This document shows, piece after piece, positions 20,029 through 28,513 of a DNA stretch of 37,637 nt. The DNA lies in the NCBI GenBank assembly GCA_039588275.1, contig JBDHAC010000030.1:1-37637 (forward strand). The letters run 5' to 3'. This stretch comes from Gemmatimonadota bacterium. Lineage in GTDB: Bacteria; Gemmatimonadota; Gemmatimonadetes; Palauibacterales; Palauibacteraceae. A program made the position numbers and the translations under genes. The notes beneath the pieces are model-generated. The model ran no database searches and was not told where the DNA came from. It saw only the letters and a list, made by a program, of their open reading frames with translations. How positions within the stretch are numbered: the first letter of the stretch is position 1; every line of letters starts with the position of its first letter.

Positions 20029-20528
20029 CGTCGCGCCTCCGGGCTGTCCGCCTGGCGTCCCGTGGGTAGGCCTGCTGCCCGAAGGACTGCCCTGCGCACG
20101 CGGTGGTAGGTTCCGCAGCGACACAGGACGCCGGTCATCGCGCGCTCGATCTGCTCATCGGTGGGACTCGGGTAGCGGCGAAGCAAGGCGACCGCTGTGA
20201 GGATCTGGCCGGCCTGGCAGTAGCCGCACTGGGGCACGTCCTCCTCCAGCCACGCGGTCTGTACGGGGTCGAGACCGGTCGGGGCGGATCCGGTGAGCGC
20301 GAGTCCTTCAATGGTGGTGATCGAGGCTCCCTCTACGCCCGATACCGGCTCGACGCAGGAGCGAATCGGCTCATCCCCCCTGAGCACGGTGCACGCGCCA
20401 CACAGCGCTACGCCACAGCCGTACTTCGTGCCGGTGAGTCCGAGGGTATCCCGCAGTGCCCATAGGAGAGGCGTGTCAGGCGGCACTTCGAGGTCGTGGG
20501 AGACGCCGTTTACGGTAAGCTGTATCAT
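20025..20528 (-). CDS. iorA: [2Fe-2S]-binding subunit (isoquinoline 1-oxidoreductase alpha-like)
   Basis: [23 protein letters not shown] and CRCGTY motifs; GGAGG RBS. Confidence 0.93.
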   Translation of the reverse strand: MIQLTVNGVSHDLEVPPDTPLLWALRDTLGLTGTKYGCGVALCGACTVLRGDEPIRSCVEPVSGVEGASITTIEGLALTGSAPTGLDPVQTAWLEEDVPQCGYCQAGQILTAVALLRRYPSPTDEQIERAMTGVLCRCGTYHRVRRAVLRAAGLPTGRQADSPEARR

Positions 20529-20599
20529 GGTCCTCCCCTGGATCTATGCCTCCCCTTTGCCGGTTTAGACGCCGACCGTGAGTGTAATGTTGGCTCGCC

Positions 20600-20935
20600 C
20601 TTTCGAAGAGCCTCGAGGTAGACGTGTTCGAGGGAAACCGTGCGGAGGCTGATGAATTTGGGGCCGACCTCCCGCAGCTGCCGCATCAACTTAGAGACGG
20701 TCGTTTTCTCTGAAAGCAGCAGAACCGGGCGACTGGCCTACTCTCGCATCTCCAGCCCGAGCGCCTGAGCACGCGTTCGGAGTACTACTCCCTCCTGCTC
20801 CACGACGACTTCAGCCAGTTCCTTAGCGCGAACGAGCATCCGTAGCTCGTCCAGCGAGCCTTCGGGAGCGATCCTTCCACCCACGATGATCCGCACGCGA
20901 TTGCACTCTTCAGCTGAAACGTCCCCGCGGTGGTT
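20600..20935 (-). pseudogene. Decayed C-terminal fragment of an ABC-2 type ATP-binding protein
   Basis: Reads H...AEECNRVRIIVGGRIAPEGSLDELR, then an in-frame TAG at 20738-20740, then ...ISLRTVSLEHVYLEAL (typical ABC ATPase tail). No Walker A/B or start codon. Confidence 0.6.
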
Positions 20936-20949
20936 TGGGCGACGGAGAG

Positions 20950-21135
20950 CTAAGAAACGCTCAGATACTCGTCGCTGCCGGAGCACTCGGACTCTTCGCG
21001 CTCCAGCTCCTTCAGAAGGCAGTTGACCGTCTTCTCCACCAGCTTTTCGACCGAAACGCCCTGCCGCTCGGCCTCGAGCTCGTAGGCGTGATAGTGCTCG
21101 TCGCTGAGCTCCGCCCAAACCTGGACTCTACTCAT
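20950..21135 (-). CDS. Small hypothetical protein (61 aa), ribbon-helix-helix-like
   Basis: 4 nt downstream of the DUF35 stop with a GAGG RBS. Beta strand RVQVWAEL followed by helices ...EAERQGVSVEKLVEK. Confidence 0.6.
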   Translation of the reverse strand: MSRVQVWAELSDEHYHAYELEAERQGVSVEKLVEKTVNCLLKELEREESECSGSDEYLSVS

Positions 21136-21139
21136 CGCC

Positions 21140-21565
21140 TCACTCCCACTCTTCCCGAGCCACGGTCAAGGTGGCCGGTACGGCCTTGTGTCCGTAGCAC
21201 AGGATCCCGCCGTGATCCTCCTTTCGAATCCGACGGAACTCCAGCGACACTTCGGTGCCCGGCAGGACGCACCCGGGATCGCAGTCCACAACCTGCGTCA
21301 TGAAGCGGGCACCCTCCGGAGTCTCGACGATCGCCATCGCGTACGGCGCCTGCATCATGAACTCGGCCGGAGGTACGTGGATCACGGTCGAGGTGATCAC
21401 CCGCCCTTTCCGGGACAGGTCGACCTGTTCGAATTCGCGTCCGCGGCAGCGCGGGCAAATCTGTCGGGGCGGGAAGGCCACGGCCCCGCAGCCCTCGCAC
21501 CGGGCCGCCTCGAGCCGATAGCGGCTCGGTATCTCTCTGGTGTATCTGGGGCTCGGCATGATCAC
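21140..21565 (-). CDS. DUF35 Zn-ribbon/OB-fold protein (thiolase partner)
   Basis: CEGC...[10 protein letters not shown] zinc ribbon followed by an OB fold (APYAMAIVE); coupled to the thiolase gene. Confidence 0.93.
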   Translation of the reverse strand: MIMPSPRYTREIPSRYRLEAARCEGCGAVAFPPRQICPRCRGREFEQVDLSRKGRVITSTVIHVPPAEFMMQAPYAMAIVETPEGARFMTQVVDCDPGCVLPGTEVSLEFRRIRKEDHGGILCYGHKAVPATLTVAREEWE

Positions 21566-22710
21566 ACCCCCTGATAGATGTGGACCACCGAACTTGCGCC
21601 CGATCCGCCCATGTTCTGCGTGAGTCCGACGCGCGCCGCTTCGACCTGACGCTCGCCGGCCTCACCCTGGAGCTGCCGGAAGATCTCGATGGCCTGCGCG
21701 ATTCCCGTGGCTCCGACCGGGTGGCCTTTGGATTTCAGGCCGCCGCTGGTGTTCACCGGGATGTCGCCTCCGATCGCCGTCATCCCGTCGCGGGCCGCCG
21801 ACCCGCCCCTTCCCTCCTCGGCGAAGCCGAGTGCCTCGATGCAGCAGATCTCGGAGATCGAGAAGCAATCGTGGACCTCCGCCACTTGCACGTCCTCGGG
21901 TCCGATGCCGGCCATCTTGTAGGCGCTCTCGGCGGATTTGCGCACCGCGCCGAGGCGAGCGGGGCTCTCGCGCTGGGCCAGCGCGAGCGAGTCGGTCGCC
22001 AGACCGCTCCCCAGGATCTCGACGGGACGGTCGGTATACCGCTTCGCCTGTTCGAGCGGGCACAGCAGGACCGCCGCCGCCCCGTCGCTCACGGGGGAGC
22101 AGTGCAGCAGCCGCAGCGGCTCGGCGACCATGGAGGAGGACATCACCTGGTCGAGCGTCAGCTCGCGCCTGAACTGGGCCTTCTCGTTCAGGGCTCCGTG
22201 GCGGTGGTTCTTCACCGACACCCAGGCCAGATCCTCTTCCGTGGTCCCGTGCTCCTCCATGTGGGCGCGCGCGATCATCGCGTACAGACCCGGGAAGGTG
22301 ACGCCGTAATAGACCTCGAGCTCCTGGTCGGCCGCGGTGGCCAGGACGTTGGTGACGTCGGCCCCGTCGGTCATCTTCTCGACGCCGGTGGCCAGGGCCA
22401 GGTCGCACATCCCCGACGCCACCTCCATGAACGCCAGCCTGAGGGCGACGCCGCCCGACGCGCACGCGGACTCCACGTGCGTCGCCGGGACTCCGGCCAT
22501 GCCGAGGTAGTCGGCCATCAGCGGTCCCAGGTGCTCCTGCCCCACGAACTGCCCCCCCGACATGCAACCGACGTAGATGGAGTCGACGTGGTCGGCGCCC
22601 GCGTCATCCAGCGCTCCGGAGGCCGCCTCCACGAACATGTCGCGGAGGCTCGAGCCCCAGAGCTCGCCGAACCGGGTCATCCCGGCCCCAACGATCGCCA
22701 CCTGGCGCAT
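21562..22710 (-). CDS. Archaeal/SCP2-type acetoacetyl-CoA thiolase
   Basis: ESACASGG (catalytic Cys), GVEKM, EVHDCF and [15 protein letters not shown] motifs. Confidence 0.93.
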   Translation of the reverse strand: MRQVAIVGAGMTRFGELWGSSLRDMFVEAASGALDDAGADHVDSIYVGCMSGGQFVGQEHLGPLMADYLGMAGVPATHVESACASGGVALRLAFMEVASGMCDLALATGVEKMTDGADVTNVLATAADQELEVYYGVTFPGLYAMIARAHMEEHGTTEEDLAWVSVKNHRHGALNEKAQFRRELTLDQVMSSSMVAEPLRLLHCSPVSDGAAAVLLCPLEQAKRYTDRPVEILGSGLATDSLALAQRESPARLGAVRKSAESAYKMAGIGPEDVQVAEVHDCFSISEICCIEALGFAEEGRGGSAARDGMTAIGGDIPVNTSGGLKSKGHPVGATGIAQAIEIFRQLQGEAGERQVEAARVGLTQNMGGSGASSVVHIYQGV

Positions 22711-22828
22711 GCGCTCCTCCTCTCGTTCAGATCACTTCGTATATCCAGCTCGCGATTCGCACCGCGATTCGTTCACGCGTTCGAGGCCGCCCGCCGTGCT
22801 GGCCTGCGGCGACCTCTGTTCGAGCTCC

Positions 22829-23875
22829 TCACTCGTTGAGGATGATCTTCTCCCGGTACATGGCGTATGCGCCGTAGGAGACGTACTCGTGCGGCCCGTC
22901 CAACATGGAGCGCACGGTGGGGGCCAGATCCCGGACTTTCGGGAGTCGTTCCGTTGCCCTGAGCACGAAGGAGTCGCTCCCGGCGCCGGAGCCGAACGAC
23001 GTAAGCAGGATCAGATCGTCCGCCTCCGCCTCGTCGAAGATCGCGGCGAGGCCCGTGGGCGATGAGCCCGAGTAGGTGTTGCCCATCGTGGGCACCACCC
23101 AACCCGTCTTCAGCTGCTCTTCGGTGAACCCGAGTCGCTTGCCGGCCGAGAGCGGGAACTTGCCGTTCGGCATGTGGAACACGGCGTAGCAGAAGTCCGA
23201 CGCCGTGAGCCCGGTCTTCTCCAGGATGCCGCGGCTCGCCCCCAGAACGTGCTTGAAGTAGGCCGGCTCGCCTGTGAAGCGACCGCCATGCCTGGGATAG
23301 AATTCGCCTTCCCGCCGCCAGAAGTCGGGGGTGTCCGACGTGTGGTTGCAGGTGTCGACCACCTCGACCAGGAGGTCGCGTTCGCCGAAGATGAACGCGG
23401 CCCCTCCCGCGGACGCCGAGAACTCGAGCGCGTCGTTGGGCGCCCCTTGCGACGTGTCGGCGCCCACCGCGAGCGCGTACTCGACCCGGCCCGACTCGAC
23501 CAGCCCGAGCGCGACGAACATCGCTTCGGTGCCGGCTTTGCACGCGAACTCGAAGTCGGCGATGTGGACGTCGGGGCCTGCGCCGAGCGCCTCGGCCACC
23601 ACCGTCCCGCTCGGCTTCACCGCGTACGGGTGAGACTCCGATCCTATGTACACCGCGCCCAGATCGACGGCGGCGATACCCGCCCGATCGAGCGCCGCTC
23701 TGCTTGCGGCTACCGAGATCGTGATCGTGTCCTCGTCAAAGCCGGGGACCGACTTCTCCTCCAAGAGCAAGCCTCGGCGGATCGCCTCGGGATCCTTGCC
23801 CCATTGGCGGGCGATCTCTTCTGTCTTGATCCGCTTGCGAGGGATGTATGCACCGTAACCGACGATACCAGCCAT
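22829..23875 (-). CDS. Archaeal-type hydroxymethylglutaryl-CoA synthase (UPF0219)
   Basis: GSESHPYAVKP (Glu), EFACKAGT (Cys), FHMPNGKFP (His), GNTYSGS and SFGSGAGSD motifs; GAGGAGG RBS. Confidence 0.93.
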   Translation of the reverse strand: MAGIVGYGAYIPRKRIKTEEIARQWGKDPEAIRRGLLLEEKSVPGFDEDTITISVAASRAALDRAGIAAVDLGAVYIGSESHPYAVKPSGTVVAEALGAGPDVHIADFEFACKAGTEAMFVALGLVESGRVEYALAVGADTSQGAPNDALEFSASAGGAAFIFGERDLLVEVVDTCNHTSDTPDFWRREGEFYPRHGGRFTGEPAYFKHVLGASRGILEKTGLTASDFCYAVFHMPNGKFPLSAGKRLGFTEEQLKTGWVVPTMGNTYSGSSPTGLAAIFDEAEADDLILLTSFGSGAGSDSFVLRATERLPKVRDLAPTVRSMLDGPHEYVSYGAYAMYREKIILNE

Positions 23876-24150
23876 GCGAGCCTCCTCGTGCGTCGCGATT
23901 GAGAACGCGACGGGGGGTTCAGATTGTCGGTTTGTCGTGTTGCGCGCCGGGCGGCGAAGGGCCTTGTGGCGCTTCGCTTCACGGCTCGCGGGCGCGCGGG
24001 GTGCGGCTGGCCAAGAAGGCAGGTTCTGCTGGCGGCTCGCGGGTGCCGGACGGCGTCGTCGCCCTCCGGCTATAGTGGAAAACTACGCGCCCTTGGCCCC
24101 TCGGCAAGCTGCCCGTGACCCGTCAGCCCGATGGCCGGTGACGGCGCGGT

Positions 24151-25182
24151 TCAGCGATCGGGCGGGTCGTCGTAGGCCTCCCGTACGAAGGACGGGACGC
24201 CCGGCTCTCCGGCAAAGAACTCTCCGCGTTTCCCTTGCGTCAAGGCCCAGCGATGCAGCCAGGTGATCCCCGCTCGCCCGACGTACTCGTCCGGGAGGCC
24301 ATACGCGTCGTCCTCCAACGCCTCGTCCAGCGTGACGAACTCGTAGCCTCGCGCGCGTAGGGCGGAGACGAGCGGGTCCATCGCATCGGCGTTCAGCCGG
24401 TTGGCGTGCAAGAGGAGCACCTGGGGGAGCTCGTAGCCCAGCAGCGCGCGTGACTGTCCCTCGTAGTAACCGAAGATGCTGTCCATGTACGCCACGTACT
24501 CCGTCGCGATCCGCCCTTTCAGCTCCGCGTCGCCCCGTACGTGCGCGTGGTCGTACGCGCGCGCGAAGATCCACTCCTGGTTGTCGATCGTGACCGGGGC
24601 GATACGGTATCCGTGCTCTTTCAGAAAGCTCTCGAACGCGGACCTGGTCTCGGGATCGAGACCCGTGTGCAGGAACGGGTGCCGGAAGTACCTGGGCTCG
24701 AGACCCGATTCGGCGAGGAGAGCGCGCGTCACCCGCTCTCCCCTGAGGACGTCGGCCTCGTACTCGTCGAGCGGCGTCGTGTTGATGTCCGGGTGCGAGT
24801 AGGAGTGGTTCCCCAACTCGAGCCCGCCTTCCAGCCAGGCCCGCAGCAGCGCCACGCGTGCGTCTTCGAGCGTCCCGTCGGTGAACAGCTTGGACTCGTT
24901 CACGAAGCCGATTGCCGGGATACGGTGCCGTCGAAGACCGGCGAGGAGACCGTCGGTCACCTCCCGCATGGTCGCCACATCGCCGCGATAGATGTTGGCC
25001 GGGAGATCGTCGTAGGTGAACACCACCCTGCGCGGGACCTGTCCCGCCGCGGGCGTCGCGAGCACCAGCGCCGCCAGCGAGGCTACCGCGAGAGACACCG
25101 CAGAAGACCGGGCGAAAGACACGGCGAGAGACGCCGTCCCGACGGTCAGGTGCCCTGCGGCACGAGACCCTATCCCGTTCAC
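24151..25182 (-). CDS. Secreted polysaccharide deacetylase (NodB/CE4)
   Basis: Signal peptide, TYDDLP, GNHSYSH, YFRHPFL and LLLH motifs. Confidence 0.9.
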   Translation of the reverse strand: MNGIGSRAAGHLTVGTASLAVSFARSSAVSLAVASLAALVLATPAAGQVPRRVVFTYDDLPANIYRGDVATMREVTDGLLAGLRRHRIPAIGFVNESKLFTDGTLEDARVALLRAWLEGGLELGNHSYSHPDINTTPLDEYEADVLRGERVTRALLAESGLEPRYFRHPFLHTGLDPETRSAFESFLKEHGYRIAPVTIDNQEWIFARAYDHAHVRGDAELKGRIATEYVAYMDSIFGYYEGQSRALLGYELPQVLLLHANRLNADAMDPLVSALRARGYEFVTLDEALEDDAYGLPDEYVGRAGITWLHRWALTQGKRGEFFAGEPGVPSFVREAYDDPPDR

Positions 25183-25220
25183 GCTCAGCCGGTCCCGACG
25201 CCGTTCACGCTCAGCCGGTC
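25175..25220. repeat. 20-bp direct repeat duplicating the doxX stop / deacetylase start junction
   Basis: CCGTTCACGCTCAGCCGGTC at 25175-25194 and 25201-25220. Confidence 0.9.
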
Positions 25221-25624
25221 TTGCCTCGCCCGTCCAGCGACAGGGTGTCCTCTTCCTTGAAGCCCCACACGACGAGCGTTCCGGCGAAGATGATCAGGGA
25301 AGGGTAGAAGAGGACGTTGGTGTCCTCGAACACCCACCCCCAGGGGTCCACGATCGACTTCCACACCGAGAGTCCGGAGACCGTGAACATGGCGAGCATC
25401 AAGGGATAGGTCAGCCGACGCCACTTCCCGACCACGACGAGCACGCCGATCAGCGTCTCGACGACGCCAAACGCGTTGAGAAACCATGTCGTCGCCCCGA
25501 CACCGAGGTAGAATCGCTCCGCCACGCGGATCGAATGGTCGACGTTCACCAGCTTGTCGAGGCCCCAGAAGACAAGCAGGAGTCCCAGGCTCACCCGCAG
25601 CAGCAACAGTCCCCAGGCTTTCAC
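25211..25624 (-). CDS. DoxX family membrane protein
   Basis: LLLRVSLGLLLVFWGLDK...GVVETLIG, about 4 TM segments; GTG start after GAGG. Confidence 0.8.
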   Translation of the reverse strand: MKAWGLLLLRVSLGLLLVFWGLDKLVNVDHSIRVAERFYLGVGATTWFLNAFGVVETLIGVLVVVGKWRRLTYPLMLAMFTVSGLSVWKSIVDPWGWVFEDTNVLFYPSLIIFAGTLVVWGFKEEDTLSLDGRGKTG

Positions 25625-25634
25625 GGCGGCACCT

Positions 25635-26135
25635 CTATTGGAGGAGGTTCTCGTCGGCGCTGGCCCCGTACGTAGCCGGCACCGGTACATCCAGGAGTCT
25701 CAGGTACACGGAGAGCTGGCCACGGTGGTGGTACCAGTGGTTCAGGAGGATTGCCCGTGCGAGTCCGGCCTTCGGCATCCCCAACACCTCTCGGTCCCCA
25801 TCCATGATGCGGAACATCCCCATCATGGCCTCGTCGTCCATGCCATTCAGGATGTCTCTCGCCGTGTCGACGCTCTCATCCAGCGCCGCCAGAACCTCTT
25901 CCTTCGAAACGGGTGAGGGGGGCTCCTCGAACTCGAGGGGCAGTATCGTATCCTCCAACAGCAGTCCTGCGACCATCCCGGGCGCCCCCGCCACATGCAG
26001 GGCCAGCTGGCCGAGGCTCATGGATTTCTGGTGCGGCTTCCAGCCGAGCTGGTCCGCGGGCACTCGCTCCAGCATACGCCGTGTGGCTTCCGCTTCCTGG
26101 TCCATCTCGGCTATCAACGCATCGTTCATCGACAT
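25635..26135 (-). CDS. DinB family protein
   Basis: WKPHQKSMSLGQLALHVA and HWYHHRGQLSVYLR motifs; GGAGAA RBS. Confidence 0.92.
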   Translation of the reverse strand: MSMNDALIAEMDQEAEATRRMLERVPADQLGWKPHQKSMSLGQLALHVAGAPGMVAGLLLEDTILPLEFEEPPSPVSKEEVLAALDESVDTARDILNGMDDEAMMGMFRIMDGDREVLGMPKAGLARAILLNHWYHHRGQLSVYLRLLDVPVPATYGASADENLLQ

Positions 26136-26345
26136 GCTCAGATTCTCCATGCGAGGTCGAATGGTGCATCACGCCTCGAGGCGCGCCGGGGGGCCGCGAG
26201 GCCCGATTCGTCCCGGCGCTCGGGGATCGAGGTGGGATCGAAGGTAGCGTCTCCAGATGGGGCGGGCGACCGTCTGGAACCATCTTCGAGCTTCCCGACT
26301 TTGATGGGCGGTTCGCAGGCTACATCTTGTGGCTGCGAGAAGACC

Positions 26346-26403
26346 GGGCCGCTGCCCGGACCGTAGAAGGGGCCGCTGCCCGGACCGTAGAAGGGACCGC
26401 TGC
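26346..26403. repeat. 24-bp tandem repeat (~2.4 copies) in the dinB/dsbD divergent intergenic region
   Basis: GGGCCGCTGCCCGGACCGTAGAAG x2 plus a partial third copy. Confidence 0.85.
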
Positions 26404-26430
26404 TCCGCCCGGCCGACTGCTGCGAGGCGT

Positions 26431-28284
26431 ATGACGCGAAATCCGCATCTAGTTAGATCCCGACGCCGGTACGGGGCGGCGCTCGGGCTCCTGCTGTCCG
26501 CTCTGCTCCCGACGGAAGCGGCGGCGCAGCTCCCTCCTCAGGACTTCGATCCCGAGAAGGGCGATGTCCGCCTCGCGGCCGACCGGACGGCGTATGACCC
26601 CGGCGCGGTGGCGGAGATCGCGGTCCTGATCACGATCGAGCCCGGCTGGCACACGAATAGCCACGTCCCCAGCTACGAGGGCCTTATCGGGCTGGATGTC
26701 GTTTTCGAGGCCCCGACGGGCTGGCCCGTTCCGAGCGAGCCGGTCTACCCGCCGGGCGAGATGAAGTCGTTCAGCTTCACGCCCGAGCCCATCTCCGTGT
26801 ACGAAGCCGAGGTCGTGATCCGGGGCTCGGTCGAGGTGCCGGCCGGCGCGATCGACGGCACCTACCCGCTGCGGGCGACCGTCACGTACCAGGCATGTGA
26901 CGACAAGATGTGCCTGCCCCCGGTCACGACGGAGTCCACGCTCGGACTGACGGTCGGCGCCGGCGGCGTGGCCAGCGAGGACTGGCTCATGGTCTCCGCC
27001 GGTCGGTCGCCGTCGGCTTCCCCCGGCGCGATCTCCACCACCCCCACACAGGGCGGGCGGCGTGGGGTCCTGTGGTTCGTCCTCATCGGCCTCCTCGGCG
27101 GGCTGATCCTGAACGCGATGCCGTGCGTGCTCCCGATTCTGTCTTTGAAGGTGTTCGGTCTCGTGAAGAGCGCCGAGGGCGGGCGGCGGAGCGTAGCGAT
27201 CGGCGGCGTGGGGACGGCCGCGGGCATCCTCATCTCCTTCTGGCTCCTGGCCGCGGCCGCGATCATCGCGCGCTCGGCGGGCGCGGGCGTGGGGTGGGGG
27301 ATCCAGTTCCAGGAGCCGATCTTCGTCGCCTCGCTGTCGATCGTCATACTCCTGTTCGCGCTGAACCTGTGGGGTCTGTTCGAGATTCGGCTGCCGCGCT
27401 TCGCGGGGCAGGCCGCAGCGGCGGCCCCGAGCGAGGGCTTGGCAGGTCACCTCGCTACCGGCTTCTTCGCAACGTTGATGGCCACGCCGTGCTCCGCACC
27501 GTTCCTCGGTACCGCGCTGGGCTTCGCGCTCACCCAGAGTGCCGCGACCACGGTGGGCATGTTCACGGCCATCGGGCTAGGGATGGCGTCTCCGTACTTG
27601 CTTTTGGCGGCGTTCCCGGCGGCGGCGCGCGTGCTCCCGCGACCCGGACGGTGGATGGTGACCTTCCGCACGGTGATGGGCTTCCTGCTCGCGGGCGCCG
27701 CTATCTGGCTGCTGTACGTGCTCTCGGGGCTGATCAGCCCCGAGCGGCTGGCGTTCTTCGAGGGTGCGCTACTCGCGATCGCGCTCGTCGTGTGGCTCCG
27801 GGCGCGGCGTGCCGAATCCGCGGGAGGCGTCACGAGAGCAACGGCCTTCGTCGCCGTCGCGGGGCTGTGTGTGGCGGCAGTCGCCCTGGCCGCAGAGGGC
27901 GACCCGACGCCGCGGACGCTCGGTGTCGCACCCGAGCACCGACTCATCGATTGGGTCGAGTTCGACCGAGCCCGGGCTGAGGAGGCGGCGGTAGGGGGTC
28001 GTTACGTATTCGTGGACGTGACCGCAGACTGGTGCGTCACGTGCAAGGTCAACGAGCGCCTCTTCCTGGAGACTCGCGAAGTCGCCGACGCGTTCGAGCG
28101 GCACGATGTGCTCGCCATGCGGGCGGACTGGACGCGACGCGATGACTCGATCGCGCGCTATCTGGCCGACTTCGGGCGTTACGGGATCCCGTTCTACGTC
28201 ATGTATCGGCCAGGCAGGGAGCCACACGTGTTCTCGGAGCTGCTCTCCAAGAGCGCCATCATCGATCTTCTGGAAGACGGCTAG
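26431..28284 (+). CDS. dsbD: DsbD-family thiol:disulfide interchange protein (N domain + TM domain + thioredoxin)
   Basis: Signal peptide, QACDDKMCLPP, MPCVLPILSLK, ATPCSAPFLG and TADWCVTCK motifs. Confidence 0.9.
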   Translation: MTRNPHLVRSRRRYGAALGLLLSALLPTEAAAQLPPQDFDPEKGDVRLAADRTAYDPGAVAEIAVLITIEPGWHTNSHVPSYEGLIGLDVVFEAPTGWPVPSEPVYPPGEMKSFSFTPEPISVYEAEVVIRGSVEVPAGAIDGTYPLRATVTYQACDDKMCLPPVTTESTLGLTVGAGGVASEDWLMVSAGRSPSASPGAISTTPTQGGRRGVLWFVLIGLLGGLILNAMPCVLPILSLKVFGLVKSAEGGRRSVAIGGVGTAAGILISFWLLAAAAIIARSAGAGVGWGIQFQEPIFVASLSIVILLFALNLWGLFEIRLPRFAGQAAAAAPSEGLAGHLATGFFATLMATPCSAPFLGTALGFALTQSAATTVGMFTAIGLGMASPYLLLAAFPAAARVLPRPGRWMVTFRTVMGFLLAGAAIWLLYVLSGLISPERLAFFEGALLAIALVVWLRARRAESAGGVTRATAFVAVAGLCVAAVALAAEGDPTPRTLGVAPEHRLIDWVEFDRARAEEAAVGGRYVFVDVTADWCVTCKVNERLFLETREVADAFERHDVLAMRADWTRRDDSIARYLADFGRYGIPFYVMYRPGREPHVFSELLSKSAIIDLLEDG

Positions 28285-28298
28285 AGATCGGCGGCACC

Positions 28299-28354
28299 TG
28301 CAGCGGGTTGAGAGCGTGCAGCGGGTTGAGAGCGTGCAGCGGGTTGAGAGCGTG
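28299..28354. repeat. 18-bp perfect tandem repeat x3
   Basis: TGCAGCGGGTTGAGAGCG x3 just after the dsbD stop. Confidence 0.9.
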
Positions 28355-28430
28355 TTGATCGAGGTGGGACGTTTCAGCTGAACCGTCCCGCTGGCGCCGA
28401 CCGTTGACCGCTGACCGGCTGGCCCGCCCG

Positions 28431-28513
28431 GTGGCCAGTGTCGGTGGCCACCCTGTGTGGCCAGTGTCGGTGGTCGCCCTGTGTGGCTAGTGTCGGTGGC
28501 CACCCTGTGTGGC
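28431..28513. repeat. 26-bp tandem repeat x3 overlapping the stop codon of the 28487-29425 gene
   Basis: GTGGCCAGTGTCGGTGGCCACCCTGT at 28431, 28457 (variant) and 28483 (variant carrying the CTA stop). Confidence 0.9.

Noticed and set aside
20529..20737. Moco riboswitch upstream of iorA
   Set aside because: The region translates as the continuation of the ABC pseudogene, and I could not see the Moco RNA consensus.
20738..20740. In-frame TAG as pyrrolysine or programmed read-through
   Set aside because: It lies in a fragment with no start codon or ATPase core and at a non-catalytic position; simple decay explains it.
21140..23875. phlACB (2,4-diacetylphloroglucinol) cluster
   Set aside because: No phlD type III PKS, and the synthase keeps its catalytic Cys/His/Glu.
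28299..28513. Possible CRISPR array
   Set aside because: Repeats are head-to-tail with no unique spacers, and there are no cas genes; the same applies to the 26346 and 33375 repeats.
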